DNA of 64,000 bases from Carcharhinus amblyrhynchos (taxonomy: Eukaryota), in contig OZ336889.1 in the NCBI GenBank assembly GCA_965287045.1, forward strand, positions 26,412,001 to 26,476,000, given 5' to 3'. The number at the start of each line of letters is the position of its first letter. Position 1 is the stretch's first letter. The notes beneath the pieces are model-generated. The model saw only the letters and a program-made list of their open reading frames with translations, was not told the origin of the DNA and did not search any database. Position numbers and translations under genes: made by a program. Shown one piece after another: positions 29,001 through 41,527 of the stretch.

Positions 29001-31879
29001 TGATGTAGCTTGCCCGGTGGTGAGGGACTCTCGGCGTCAGATCCTTCCTGCATGCCCAGAGTCTCAACTGCCTCAAAGCAGACTATCTCCTTCTGGGATA
29101 TACTTTTACAAGGAAGGTCTGTAAAGAGATGAAGGGGTGTCTGAGGTTCACCCCAAGCAGTTCCATGATGGACATCTCAATGGGTTATTCCCAGGCACTC
29201 CGAGACAATCAACCGCTGCTGGAAGACCAGCAGCTCAGTGAAAGTTACTCTTCGGTCTGCCCAAACCATGTTGGTCTTCCAGCTGCCTACAATTGTATGT
29301 TTCAGACAGGCGCATTCAAAAGGTCCAGGACCACATGCTGAGGGATGCATTTGACAGCTGCTGCAAAGATTCAACGGGGAGGAGATATTGTCTAAGGTTC
29401 ACCTGCCACAGTTAACTGAAATGCCGGAAATTGCGCAAAACCCTCAGGCAGTATCTGTGACATGGAATGTATATTGTAAATATGTGTAGTTGCAATTGTA
29501 TTGAGGCAGTTCAGAGTGCCACATGATGTATGAAAATAACTCTAAGTGCATTGCATTTAGAGATGTCCAATTTGAACTTTATGGAATATAATTTGACACA
29601 TTTTCATGAATAAAGTATATTTTTGGGGAAAAGGCTCATCAATACCTCAACACTGCAGAACAACTGACTTGTTTCAAACGTACATTTATACCACAAGTTA
29701 AAGTGGGCTCAAACTAGGATCAGGACTTGTACTGAATGCAGACTGAAGTGGAGAAAAGCTCCCTGGAAAAACTGACTTCCTAAAAAGGTAACAAGAGAAA
29801 ACAAAGCCAAAAACACGTATAAACAATGGAACAGTCAATTGCAGTCTGTTTAAATCCCTTCAGCTATCCAAGTACAGTTTCATTATGGTAGAAAACGAGT
29901 TTAAAGGAAGATCCTGGAGACATCCAGGACACTATTTAAAACTATCTGGTGTTAATTAAACTGTGGCAAGTATGAACCTATCACCTTTACTTCATAAACA
30001 CTTTAACCCAAACTGCTGAGAAACAACATGCATTTAACCATCCACATACAGAGCACTGGATCAGCAGTTACAGCCACACAGTCCTAACAGGTACTGCCTG
30101 GATGGAACCTGGCCTGACACCAAAAGCTGAAGCATAAAAAGAGAAGTTTGTATCCTGGTTTCCCTGGTTAAACAATTTGTATCACATCATACCAAGCTAC
30201 AACCACAGGAGTAAATGGTGGCTTTAAAAAGTAAAGCTAACATAGATTAAATGCACCAATAACCACTCAATACATGTACACATACCATCAGAAAGATACA
30301 GAAAAAAAGTGAAAACATCAGCAATTGTTGTACAAAAAACCCCATCATTCTTAAACACCCAACCACATCAGGATAGAGGCTTCCCATCCCTACTGGAGAT
30401 AGTAGATTGAACATGAATTTGCCAGTCATATAAATGGTTCAAACTACAAATCTGAAATGTGGAGTACAAAAATCAAGTCTTAGATAGCGTTGGGAAGTGC
30501 AATTTAAAAAATTATACAGACACAGCATTCTTTTCCCGGTCTCATCTTCCTGGCACAATGCGCCCCCTCCACAATCAGGTGAACCTGCTATCAGATGTCC
30601 ATCAATACCTCCCAAGTACCCCAGTGCTAGATATCGTGTGAGGGTCATACGCAACTGACACCAATTTTCCTCCTTCACTGTACTCAAGCCATCAGCAGAT
30701 TGAACAAATATGCTTACTGCATTACAAAAAAACCCAGAACATTCAACTTCCTGATCAGATTTGAAGTCGTAAGAAAGAAAAAAAACACTTCATTTGGGCT
30801 GAAGTAAGGAAAAAGAATGCAGTAACTTTAAAACAAATAATTAATCATATTACTTCAGCCTGTCATTGTTTCCTTAATCTGGGCATACAAAAGTGGAGTT
30901 CCAGACAACCATAACAAGCTGCACTGGTATCTGCTTCAGCGATGAACACACTGCACACAAAAGACGATAAAACTGGGTTAGTTTATTACAAGCCAAACAT
31001 TTGTACTTGACTTGAAATCTAATGGGATGATTTCTTGGAGGCTGCAGTGCAGAATTACAGCATATTTCAATTCCAAGAACAAAGATAGCCCGAAACTACA
31101 ACAGGTCATTCCACAATACCTTCCCAGCATTTGTATGCCATGGGGACTGCGTCTCTTAACCTTAAACATAATGTATACTTTCACTGAAAAGAGGCTTTGA
31201 CATAGCCTTAAACAAAGGAAAGTGTTAATTTTTTTTCCTCCTACTACAGGTTTAGATACAAGCACTTGGTTTTCTGCAGATTTGCCTTTAGCTTTGCAAT
31301 GTAGAAAGAAGGACTCCAAATTATTTCCTCTCAAATCCCAATTTTATTTGCTTTTATCCTTTCATTCATTTTCTTGTTGCTGTCCTCCTGTACCTTTTTT
31401 AAAATTATTTGCAGGACATGGCTAGGCCAGCATTTATTGCCCACCAGCGCCCCCCCCCCCCCATGCCCTCAAGAAGATGACAGTGGGTTGCCTTCTTGAA
31501 CCATTGCAGTCCATGTGGTATAGTTACACTACTGTTAAGAAAGGAGTCCTAGGATTTTGACCTAGTAACTCACCTGGTTAAGTCTAAGTAATTGATCACC
31601 AGGTTCTTATTTCAGATAAAACAAATTACTCATTATCTGGTACAGTGCTAGCAATGCCAAAAAATTACTTTTATATGGTATTAAAACTGTACAATGTGAT
31701 CCAATTTATTTTTAAAGTAAGGAGTTGTAACATCATGATCAGAACTGTAGGAGCCTTGCATCAGACTCCACTGTTACCAAGACAGGAGCCACATATGCCA
31801 ATGATGAAATGTGCTGGCAAGTGTGGGTCATAGCAGACATCACTGGTACCAAAATAAAAAAAATTGCAAATATAATAAA

Positions 31880-32200
31880 AACTAGAAAATATTCAAAATG
31901 TATACAGCAAGACCATTAGCATCTGGAGAGAAAAAAAACAAGTTTATAATTTGAGTGTAGACAGAGAGCAGAGAAACAAGAGGCAGCAAGAGAGGGAAGG
32001 CAAGGAAATGGTGGGGAAACACAGAGTGAGAGAGAGAACAGTGCAAAAAAAAATAAGGAAACATCAATGGTGGAGGGGAAGAGAGAAATCGAGAGCAAGA
32101 GCAGTGGTGTTTTGGGAGCAAACCCTTCATCAGAACACAGTTTATATCAAAGGGTCTCCAATGTTGGTCTTGTTTTGGAGGCAGCTGCATCATCTTAATA
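31880..32200 (-). mobile_element. Second Penelope-like family fragment (related pieces near 24255-24360, 38660-38770 and 51780-52100)
   Basis: Shared GAAAAT...CAGCA...GCATCTGGAGAGA motif; minus-strand CTGATGAAGGG hammerhead-like core near 32124-32134. Confidence 0.5.
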
Positions 32201-32939
32201 TTGCAATATTTCTTCTTTGAGTTTCACCAGCTCAGTCAGCTATCTTTTCTGCTGTTGCTCTTAAATGTCAACTGCCTCACCAAGAGTCTCCAACAACTTC
32301 CACCTCTTTTCAGGCAAATAACGTTTTTAGGCATTCTACTTCACCATTCCTTTGGCTCTGTCCAGTAAATTGTTCCCCCTTTTTGGCCCTGACAAATCAC
32401 CCACAGCCAAAACCATAACCTGTGTTTTTTTTTCTTCCCAATGCCTTTCAAATAAAACACTTTGTACTAGTTTACTAGCGTACTTTGAATCCAAGATCTG
32501 GAGTTTAAAAGGAGCCACTTTGATTATTTTATCATTTGTTCTATTCCATTATTTTATAATTCAAGCTTTTTCTTCATTAATGCCCACTACCCTAATCTCA
32601 TTTCTCAAGGAGACTTGAATCCAAACACTACAGCAGATACACAGACTCAAAATAATAGTTGGATTAACTACAATACTCATGGAAGTGCTACAAAGAGCCT
32701 CAGGGTGAGATAGGGTTAAGCCAATTTTGGTCTCCTAACCCAGCAATCCGTCCTATAAGTACACGTGTCAACCCCCTGACTAGCAAGAGCAACATTGAGC
32801 TCCATTGTAGTTGCTTCAGTAGTCATGCTCTGCCAGTGCTCACATTTGACAACTGGCGACTTTGGGAATATATTGGAGGGTGACCATCACATCACCCTGC
32901 AAGGAATTAATATGTTCATAACAGAAGAAAAATACATGG

Positions 32940-33575
32940 AGAAAGGTGGATAAAGGGAGTGTTTTTCACCAATATAGGATAATCACCACAAAATGTTTGG
33001 TTGGGCCACAGCTGGAGTGGTGCGCATGGTTCTGGTCACTTCACTATAGTAAACCTGGATTGCCTGGGAAGGGTGCAAAAGAGATTCACCGGAATATTAC
33101 CTGGGATGAAACAGTTGAGACATGTAGAAAGACTGGATAGGCTTGGGTTGTGTTCTTTAAAGCAGTTTGGGGGGGGAATCTGATTGAGATAGGGAAGAGA
33201 GAGAAAAATCTGATTGAGATGTACGAACTTGGGGGACTGATTGGGTGTATGAACAGGGTGGATAGGAAGCAGTTATTCCCCTTTTTCTGAAAGCTCAATA
33301 ACAAGGGGATATAATTTTAAAGGTGATGGGCTGGAGGTTTCAAGGGGATTTGAGGAAAAGGTTTTTCCACGCACAAAATAATGGGAGTCTGGGATGGTAT
33401 AAGAGGCCAGAAACCCCTCAACCTTCAGAAAGTACACAGATGAGCATTTTAAATATTTTAACATTTGTGGCTATGGGCCAAGTGGTCGAAATGTGCGATT
33501 AGTGTAGATAAGTGTAATTTTGTCAGCGCAGACTCAATGGGCCTAAAGGTCTCTTCAGTACTGTATGACTCTGAC
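32940..33575 (+). mobile_element. CR1-type LINE 3' fragment
   Basis: LVGPQLEWCAWFWS and RVQKRFTGILPGMKQLRHVERLDRLGL peptides, CR1/HE1-type tail. Confidence 0.8.
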
Positions 33576-35156
33576 ACCCTCTGGCATTAGAAAATGCAAT
33601 TTAAACGCTGGTTCATTTATTAAAAGTACAACACGTAACATAGTTGCCACACCCTTGAGAAACTAGAAGTACATGTACATCACAGCATGTGTCTGTCTCA
33701 CCATCTTTTGCAGGACTGTATTTCACTGCAGCCACATTGTATTGTATTTTCATTTGTATGATTGAGAATTTCCAATATGTTCAGAGACTCTTGCACACTG
33801 CACCACCTTCCTTGAATGTATGATAATGTAAGTTATAGAAATCATAATGTAAACTATAAATAACTCACAGTTTCTCGTCCTCTTTTCAAGAAGGTTCAAT
33901 TAACTTGTGCTTGACCTCAATCTATTGTACCCCAACGAATTACAACACTTCCATTCCCAACCCCCATGATATACAAGCTGTATTCCTTACTACTGGAAGC
34001 TTCCTGATAGTCATTACTGTACATTACAGCAGAGGGCTCTTATGTAATATTTGAAACTTGTTGAAGATCATGTTTGCAGAGCATTATTCTTCTTTAGAAT
34101 TCGTATTTTTACGAAACTTAGATAAAAAGGTGGTGTCCCATTAATTCAACACATGCACCACAGTGGTTCACCACCACCTTAAGGACAATAAAAAGCTAGC
34201 AACACCCAGCCTTGTTAAAACATTTACCGGAACTAATTGACCTAGAATCAGTTAGTCGGACATTAGAAAACTCTCAGCTAGGATAAGCTAGACAACCTTG
34301 GTACCCGAATTTCTATACCTCAATGCAACTTGCGAGATTCACGGGTAAACCACAGCTCTTTGATAAGAGTGCCATCTGTTATGGCAACAGTGCTGATAAA
34401 TGAAAACTTGTGTTAATATCATGTGAAGCCTATTCATTCCAAAGAGGATTATTTCATATCCAAATCAAATCTCACACAAAATGAATTTTCCTGCAAATGA
34501 TTCATGTTCTCTACAGAATTGTGAGAACTGTAGAGAGCAGGTTTGAACAGGTTATCACCAAGATGTCCAAATTATGTCAGCATTTCTCTTCTTTCAAGTG
34601 GCACTTAATACTACTCACACATGTATGCAAATAACCTCATGAAGATGGTGCTTTACACGTCAAAGAAGCAACTGATAACTTCAATTAAAACTCAATTTAG
34701 CAGAACATTTGGTACTCAAACATATGCCGAGAACATTTATTTCTGTCTGCCATTGGGTAACCATTACAACAAGCACAGCCACTGCATTAAGTAGTGTAAC
34801 CCAATCCAGGACTGAACATTGTTTTCTATTATTGTCATGCCGACCCAAAACCATTTTAACTGGCATGCTATAAACCTTAAAAGTCAAGGAGAGAAGAGAT
34901 ACCACATGTCCCCATGAAGGTCACTGGCCAAATTTGGTCAACACAAGTGTATCATCTTTGCAGACATCAGTCTTGCCCTCGTCAAAAAGCTGCAATTGTC
35001 ACCTTACTTTTATCAAGACAGACTGGACTGAAATACCACACACCATTCCAGTCATGTTACTGTGCAAGGGTACAGATTAGTTTGTACTCAGCTCTCAGTA
35101 CTCAATTTCCTAATAAATATATAAATGGGCCTACAAGAAATAATACAATCACCTTA

Positions 35157-35312
<156 letters not shown>

Positions 35313-35390
35313 TCAACATTAAAAATAATCACAGCTCAACATCTTGAAAAAAAAGATTATGTACTGCCCCGAGCAAGTGAGCCACTGTAC

Positions 35391-35408
35391 CTTCTTCTGC
35401 TGGCAATT
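35391..35408 (-). CDS. ATP2A2: SERCA2 coding exon 2 (18-nt microexon)
   Basis: GAGCAG|AATTGCCAGCAGAAGAAG|GTACAG; completes ELPAEEG in frame between exons 1 and 3; intron 2 is 100 nt. Confidence 0.95.
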
Positions 35409-36080
35409 CTGCTCAATGAGTGGCGCCGCCATGGAACATGCGAGAAAAAGAAAACTGCGTTAAAACATGCAAATACACTGGACTTCCAGACAAAGTCACG
35501 CTCGAATGTTTTTTTAAAAAAAGGGGAGCATTTAGACCAAGAGTATCCTGAGATCACAGTGCCACGAAGCGTTTACACACCAGGAGGAAGCAGAGTTTAA
35601 AAAATAGAATAAAACCGATGCTCTCCCAACTGACTGCGTTACAACTACTCCTTACTCCGGAGATTACATCTTGGAATACAAATTACAATGTTTCCGCTGC
35701 AAGACGGCAGGATAAAACTCAAAACTGGATGATTGCAACCGGTTTAAGATGTCGCTTTCTGACATGAGGAGAGGCTTTGCCACCTCAAGATTTCTAATTT
35801 TTTTTTAATTTGGAAAGCAGAAAGGGGGGGGAGGATATTGTAAAATCGAGGCTATACTGCATTCCTCCCCCTCCACACACACACAAAATGTGACTTTGAG
35901 ACAATTTCTGCTTCAGAGTGGCGGTGAGTCAGCCATGTTCACTCTGCCTCACAGAGATGCCGGCTTCACACACAAGGCCTAACACCACACAAAAGAGGGA
36001 GAGACACTTCAATAAATCCCCCTCAAAAACAAAATAGGAAAAAAAAAACACGCCACACACCGAAAGGAAAATATATTTTA

Positions 36081-36772
<692 letters not shown>

Positions 36773-36796
36773 GAACAGCCACCGGCAGCAGCACGC

Positions 36797-36804
36797 TTAT
36801 AATA
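36797..36804 (-). promoter_or_regulatory. TATA-like box TATTATAA
   Basis: Minus strand GGCTATTATAAGC in CpG-rich context about 50 nt downstream of the ERSE; the mammalian SERCA2 promoter has GCTATTAGA in the equivalent position as I recall it. Confidence 0.75.
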
Positions 36805-36850
36805 GCCGAGTGGCAGCGGCCTTTCTCACGGCGAGACCTGGAGTGGCCCG

Positions 36851-36871
36851 CATGTGGAGAGAGCTCATTGG
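36851..36871 (-). promoter_or_regulatory. ER-stress response element (CCAAT-N9-CCACA) with overlapping E-box CACATG
   Basis: Minus strand CCAAT GAGCTCTCT CCACATG with an exact 9-nt spacer. Confidence 0.8.
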
Positions 36872-37597
36872 AGCAGACCAACAGCCGTCAGGACCCCGCA
36901 GAGCCTGACGTCTCCCCGGCGGCTCCTCCTCATGTTCCAGAGTTCCCGGGAAAAGGAGGGAGGGAGAGAGAGATGGGGAAGGGTGGTGGGGAATTAGAGT
37001 GCAACCCAGCCTGAGAAAACCAATGACGTTCACCCACCACCACCACTACTGTGTAAAATGCAACAGGGCTCATGCTAAAATAGAGCTTACATTATCCAAC
37101 TCCTTCCCCCCCGCAAAAAAAACCCAAAACGTGTCACTTAAGAGTCAAACAACTTTTATTTTCGTTAAAAAGTTTCAGAACTTCGAAACCTTCTCTTCCT
37201 CTATACAACAGGTGTCTAAATAAATCCCAGCAAAGAGACACACAAAAAAAACCAAAGACCCTGCTACTTTGTAACCGGAAATGTCACACTTCATTCATGT
37301 GAGATTTCTTACTTCCTGGTTAATGCCGCGATTTTGTTACTTTCAGGCATTTTTCAGGGAGTACTGCTTTCTCTGCATTATGCTGAACTGAAAACAGCCT
37401 CTGTAACTGCCCTGACTTAAAGAACATCCAACTCGATTTTGCTCTCATCAATCCCCCCCTCCCCACTTCTGAGGATAATCCTTCCACGGGGGAAATCCCC
37501 TGGCCAACATACCTCCTTCACCCGTGACCTTTTCTTGAGGTTGCCATTCATTCATGGGTTATTTTACTTCATAACAGGGAGTGGATGTCAAAATGAA

Positions 37598-37855
37598 GTT
37601 AGAAGTCTCACAACACCAGGTTAAAGTCCAACCAATTTATTTGATAGTAAACCCACAAGCTTTCAGAAATGCTGTTCCTTCCTCAGGTGTGTTGAAAGTT
37701 CTAAATGTTCTTAAAGTTCTTTCCACACACCTGACGAAGGAACAACATTTCCAAAAGCTTGTGGGTTTACTACCAAATAAACTGGTTGGACTTTGACCTG
37801 GAGTTGTGAGACTTCTTACTGTGTTTACCCCAGTCCAACACCAGCATCTCCACAT
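37598..37855. mobile_element. Fold-back Penelope-derived non-autonomous element with 12-bp TSD
   Basis: Inverted arms 37601-37698 and 37719-37816 with a 20-nt loop; direct repeat TGTCAAAATGAA at 37586-37597 and 37856-37867. Confidence 0.8.
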
Positions 37856-37974
37856 TGTCAAAATGAATCCAGTGTTTGTGGAATGTTTTGAGACATCCAA
37901 GGATTTGGTAAGATATTGAATGTAATTTCTTCTTTTCACAGATTTTGTTAGGATACTGAGTGCAATAGCTCCGT

Positions 37975-38370
37975 TCCAGCACACTCACTCTATAAGTCAA
38001 AAGGTTGGGAATTGATCACATTCCTGAGGTTTGAGCACAAAAACTTAGGTTAACACTCAGGCAATGTTGAGTAACTGTGTTGCTGAAGGTGCTATCATTT
38101 GAATGAGATATTAAACTGAGGCAGGTCTGATTTCTCAGATAGACCACAACTGCTCCTCTTTAGGAGAGCAGCATGAGTTGGCCCTGGTGTCATGGCCAAT
38201 ATTAATCCCTCAATTAACAGCAAGTAAAATGATCTCATTGTGGTTTGTGGGAGCATCCTGTGTTCAAATTGGCAGCTGCATTCCCTTTGTTAATACCATG
38301 AATGCAATTCAAAACTCTCATTGACTATAAAGCATTTTGGAACCTAAATTGTGAAAGACACTGATGCAAT
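37975..38370 (+). mobile_element. DeuSINE (SacSINE1/AmnSINE1-like), decayed and near full length
   Basis: Deu-domain motifs TTAAACTGAGGC, GGTGTCATGGCCAATATTAATCCCTCAA, TTTGTGGGAGC and CAAATTGGCAGCTGC; L2-type tail. Confidence 0.7.
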
Positions 38371-39346
38371 GGAATAAATGCTTTAAGAGATTCCACTTTG
38401 TTGAATACACTATGTGTGCAAGTCATTGTTAACTGGAACACTATCAAACATAATGTGACATTGAGCCACGGTAGATATTAGGATATATGACCGTGCATGA
38501 CCTAGGCATCTGAAGGCATAGCCATCAATGCCAGACCAAAGGATGTGTAAGAGGCCAGAATTGGAGGGATGCAGAGATTCCAGAGGGTTGTAAGGCTGGA
38601 AGCAATAACAGAGAAAAGGGATAGATTAGTGGATGAGAGCCATCTTAGAATAGCATAATCCTGCAGGTGCTGGAAGTCTAAAAGAGAAGCAGAAAATACT
38701 GAGAAAGCTCAGAAGGTTTGGCAAAATATGCAGAGAAATGGGTTCATTTCAGGTTGATGATACTTCCTCAAAAACATTGGTCAGGCTGAATCTTTCCTTT
38801 CAGAATGAATGATATCTATTACTTACCAGGTTATTAATTTGAAGATAATCCTTTGGTATATATTTGATCATCAGTTCAATGAATGGGATTCATTGTGGAA
38901 TGGGGTAAGTGCAATGAAACTGCAGTTGCTTTTGTTTTCTCTCTCATCCTGTTTGAAAATGGCCACCAATATAACATGTAGGTTTCAGAAGAGAAACATA
39001 ATTAGGTGATTATTCTCAGTGTATCAAAAATATATTACTATATTGCTTATAATAAAGATTCTGGAATGTGAAACAATAGAATTTGAATTTATTTTTAATT
39101 CTGTTCAGAAAATATACATTTGCTTACAACTTTGTTACTTAGGTGTCAACAGGTTCTTTCCTTCCTTGTGAAGTAAATTAGTGAGTTCACTGTTCTCTTG
39201 TATTGTATGGTAGTCATACACTTCCAACGGCACCATCGCTACAATCTAAGCAATTGTTGTTCCATTACCTTAACAACAATGTTACCACAACATAATAGAA
39301 TATACCAAATCCTAATTATCTGCTGTATTAAAATATAACCAACATT

Positions 39347-39700
39347 AGGGGAGACAATGGCCTAGTGGTATTATTGCTAGATTATTAATCCAGAAACTCA
39401 ACTAATGTTCTGGTGACCCAGGTTCAGATCCTACCACAGCAAATGGTTGAGTTTGAATTCAATTAAAAAAATCTGGAATTAAGAATCCACTGATGACCAT
39501 AAAACCATTGTGTCAAAAAACCCATCTGGTTCACTAATGTCCCTTAGGGAAGGAAATCTACCATCCTTACCTGGTTTGGCTTAGATGTGACTCTAGAGCC
39601 ACAGCAATGTGGTTGACACTCATCTACCTCTAAACAAGGTCATCGAGGGATGGACAATAAATGCTGGTCAGCCAGCAACACCCATGTCCTAATAATTATT
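39347..39700 (+). mobile_element. tRNA-derived SINE (same family as 25355)
   Basis: A-box-like TGGCCTAGTGG, B-box-like GGTTCAGATCC, tail ACAATAAATGCTGGTCAGCCAGC. Confidence 0.75.
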
Positions 39701-40124
39701 TTTTTAAAAAGCCTCCATGTAGCCTATGTATTGAAATGCAATAAAACCTTTTACAATTAATTTATAATTCTGCTGACCTAGTGAGTATGGGCACTCCCAA
39801 TATAAGAACTGAGCCATACAGATAAGGAGGTTATGTACCTAGTCTGTGCTGAATATACAGCAGCTGGCCTCATTGCCCTTGATAAGGAAAAGGGGATGTA
39901 AAATCACATGTAATCCCTACTCCTGATTCCTATCTTGTGATCTCTGCTAAAAAAAAAGTGTGAACTTTGGACATTGTGTGACAGCAGGATTGGGCTTGGC
40001 TGTGATATCCTACTTGACACTCCCTCTATGGAGGAAAATTGGCACAGGTTCCCTTTCCTTTAATTGTATCTAGTTATGCTTGCCATATAAAACTTAAGTA
40101 CAAAAATCAGGAAATGTACTCTAA

Positions 40125-40740
40125 TTCAGTACTGAGGGTGTGCTGCACTGTTTGAGCTTCTGTCTTTCAGATATAAAAGCAAATTGAGGCCCCAATTGCT
40201 ATCTCAGGTGGATGTAAAAGATCCCATGGTACTATTTTGAGGAAGAGTAGGAGAGTTGAGTAACTGCAGTGTCATGGCCAATATTTATCCACCAATCAAA
40301 CAAAAACAGATCATCAGGCTGTTATCATGCTACTGTTGGTGAGAACTTGTTATACACAAATTGGCTTCTGCGCTACAACAGTGACCGTGCTTCTAAAGTA
40401 CTCATAGAAGAATCATAAAATGACTATAGTGCTGAAGAAGGCCATTCAGCCCATCGAGTCTGCACCAACTCTCCAAAAGAGCATTTTAACTAGACCCATT
40501 CCCTGTAACTCTGCACAATGGCCCATGGCTAATCGACCTAATTTACACATTCTTGGACACTAAGGGGTAATTTAGCACATATCCTGCACATCTTTAGATT
40601 GTGGGAGGAAACCCATGCAGACACAGAGAATGTGCATACTCCACATAGACAGTCACCCAAGGCTGGAATTGAACCTGGGTCCCTAGCACTGTGAGGCAGC
40701 AGTGCTAACCACTGTGCCATCCTTTGGCTCTAAAGTCTTT
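40125..40740 (+). mobile_element. DeuSINE interrupted by an HE1/V-SINE-like insertion
   Basis: CTCAGGTGGATGTAAAAGATCCCATGG and GTGTCATGGCCAATATTTATCC; breaks at AAGTACTCAT (40405) and resumes at TTGGCTCTAAAG (40724). Confidence 0.75.
40403..40720 (-). mobile_element. HE1/V-SINE-like SINE, full length
   Basis: Head GGCACAGTGGTTAGCACTGCTGCCTCACAGTGCTAGGGACCCAGGTTCAATTCC on the minus strand; CR1-like tail. Confidence 0.85.
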
Positions 40741-41527
40741 CTCTTGTCTTAAAATTGTCAGTGGAATTGATTTTCTTCCAGCCTATTTCATTCATAAAAT
40801 TAATTTACTCAGTGATTATTTGTAGTTTGTAACTCCATAACATTTTTACAGACTTTGGTGACTCCGTGTGATTTTGGCAATTTAGCTATTTCAGATTATG
40901 TGATTTATATTTTCTCTTTTCCTCAGTAACAGCTATTCAAATCTTTAAGGTTGTGAATCATATTATGGTATACTGCTACAGATATTAGCAGCCCTTCAGT
41001 ACTTACCTAACAGACTGTTCTTCAAATAGGGATCCTCTTGGAAGGAGCAATCACAGTATGGATAAGTTCAAAATACAGATGGCGGGTGAGAAGGTAAAAT
41101 CCCTTACCAGTGCCTTGTGCTTCAACAAAGCAGACTACAACGGGATAAGGGAAGAGTTGGCTAAGGTAGACTGGCAGCAAAGACTTTATGGTGGGACAAT
41201 TGAGGAACAGTGGAGGACTCTCAAGGAATTTTTCACCGTGCTCAGCAAAAGTATATACCGGTGAAAAGGAAGGACTGTAGGAAAAGGGATGGGTATCTAA
41301 GGAAATAAAAGAGGGTATAAAATTGAAAGAAAATGCATACAAAGTGGCAAAGATTAGTCGGAAAGTAGAAGTTTGGGAAATTTTTAAAGGTTAACAGAAA
41401 GCCATGAGAAAAGCTATAAAGTAAGAAAGATTATGAAAGTAATCTCACACGAATATAAAAACAGATAGCAAAAGTTTCTACAACTATATAAAATGAAAGA
41501 GTGGCCAAGGTAAACATTGACCCTTTA

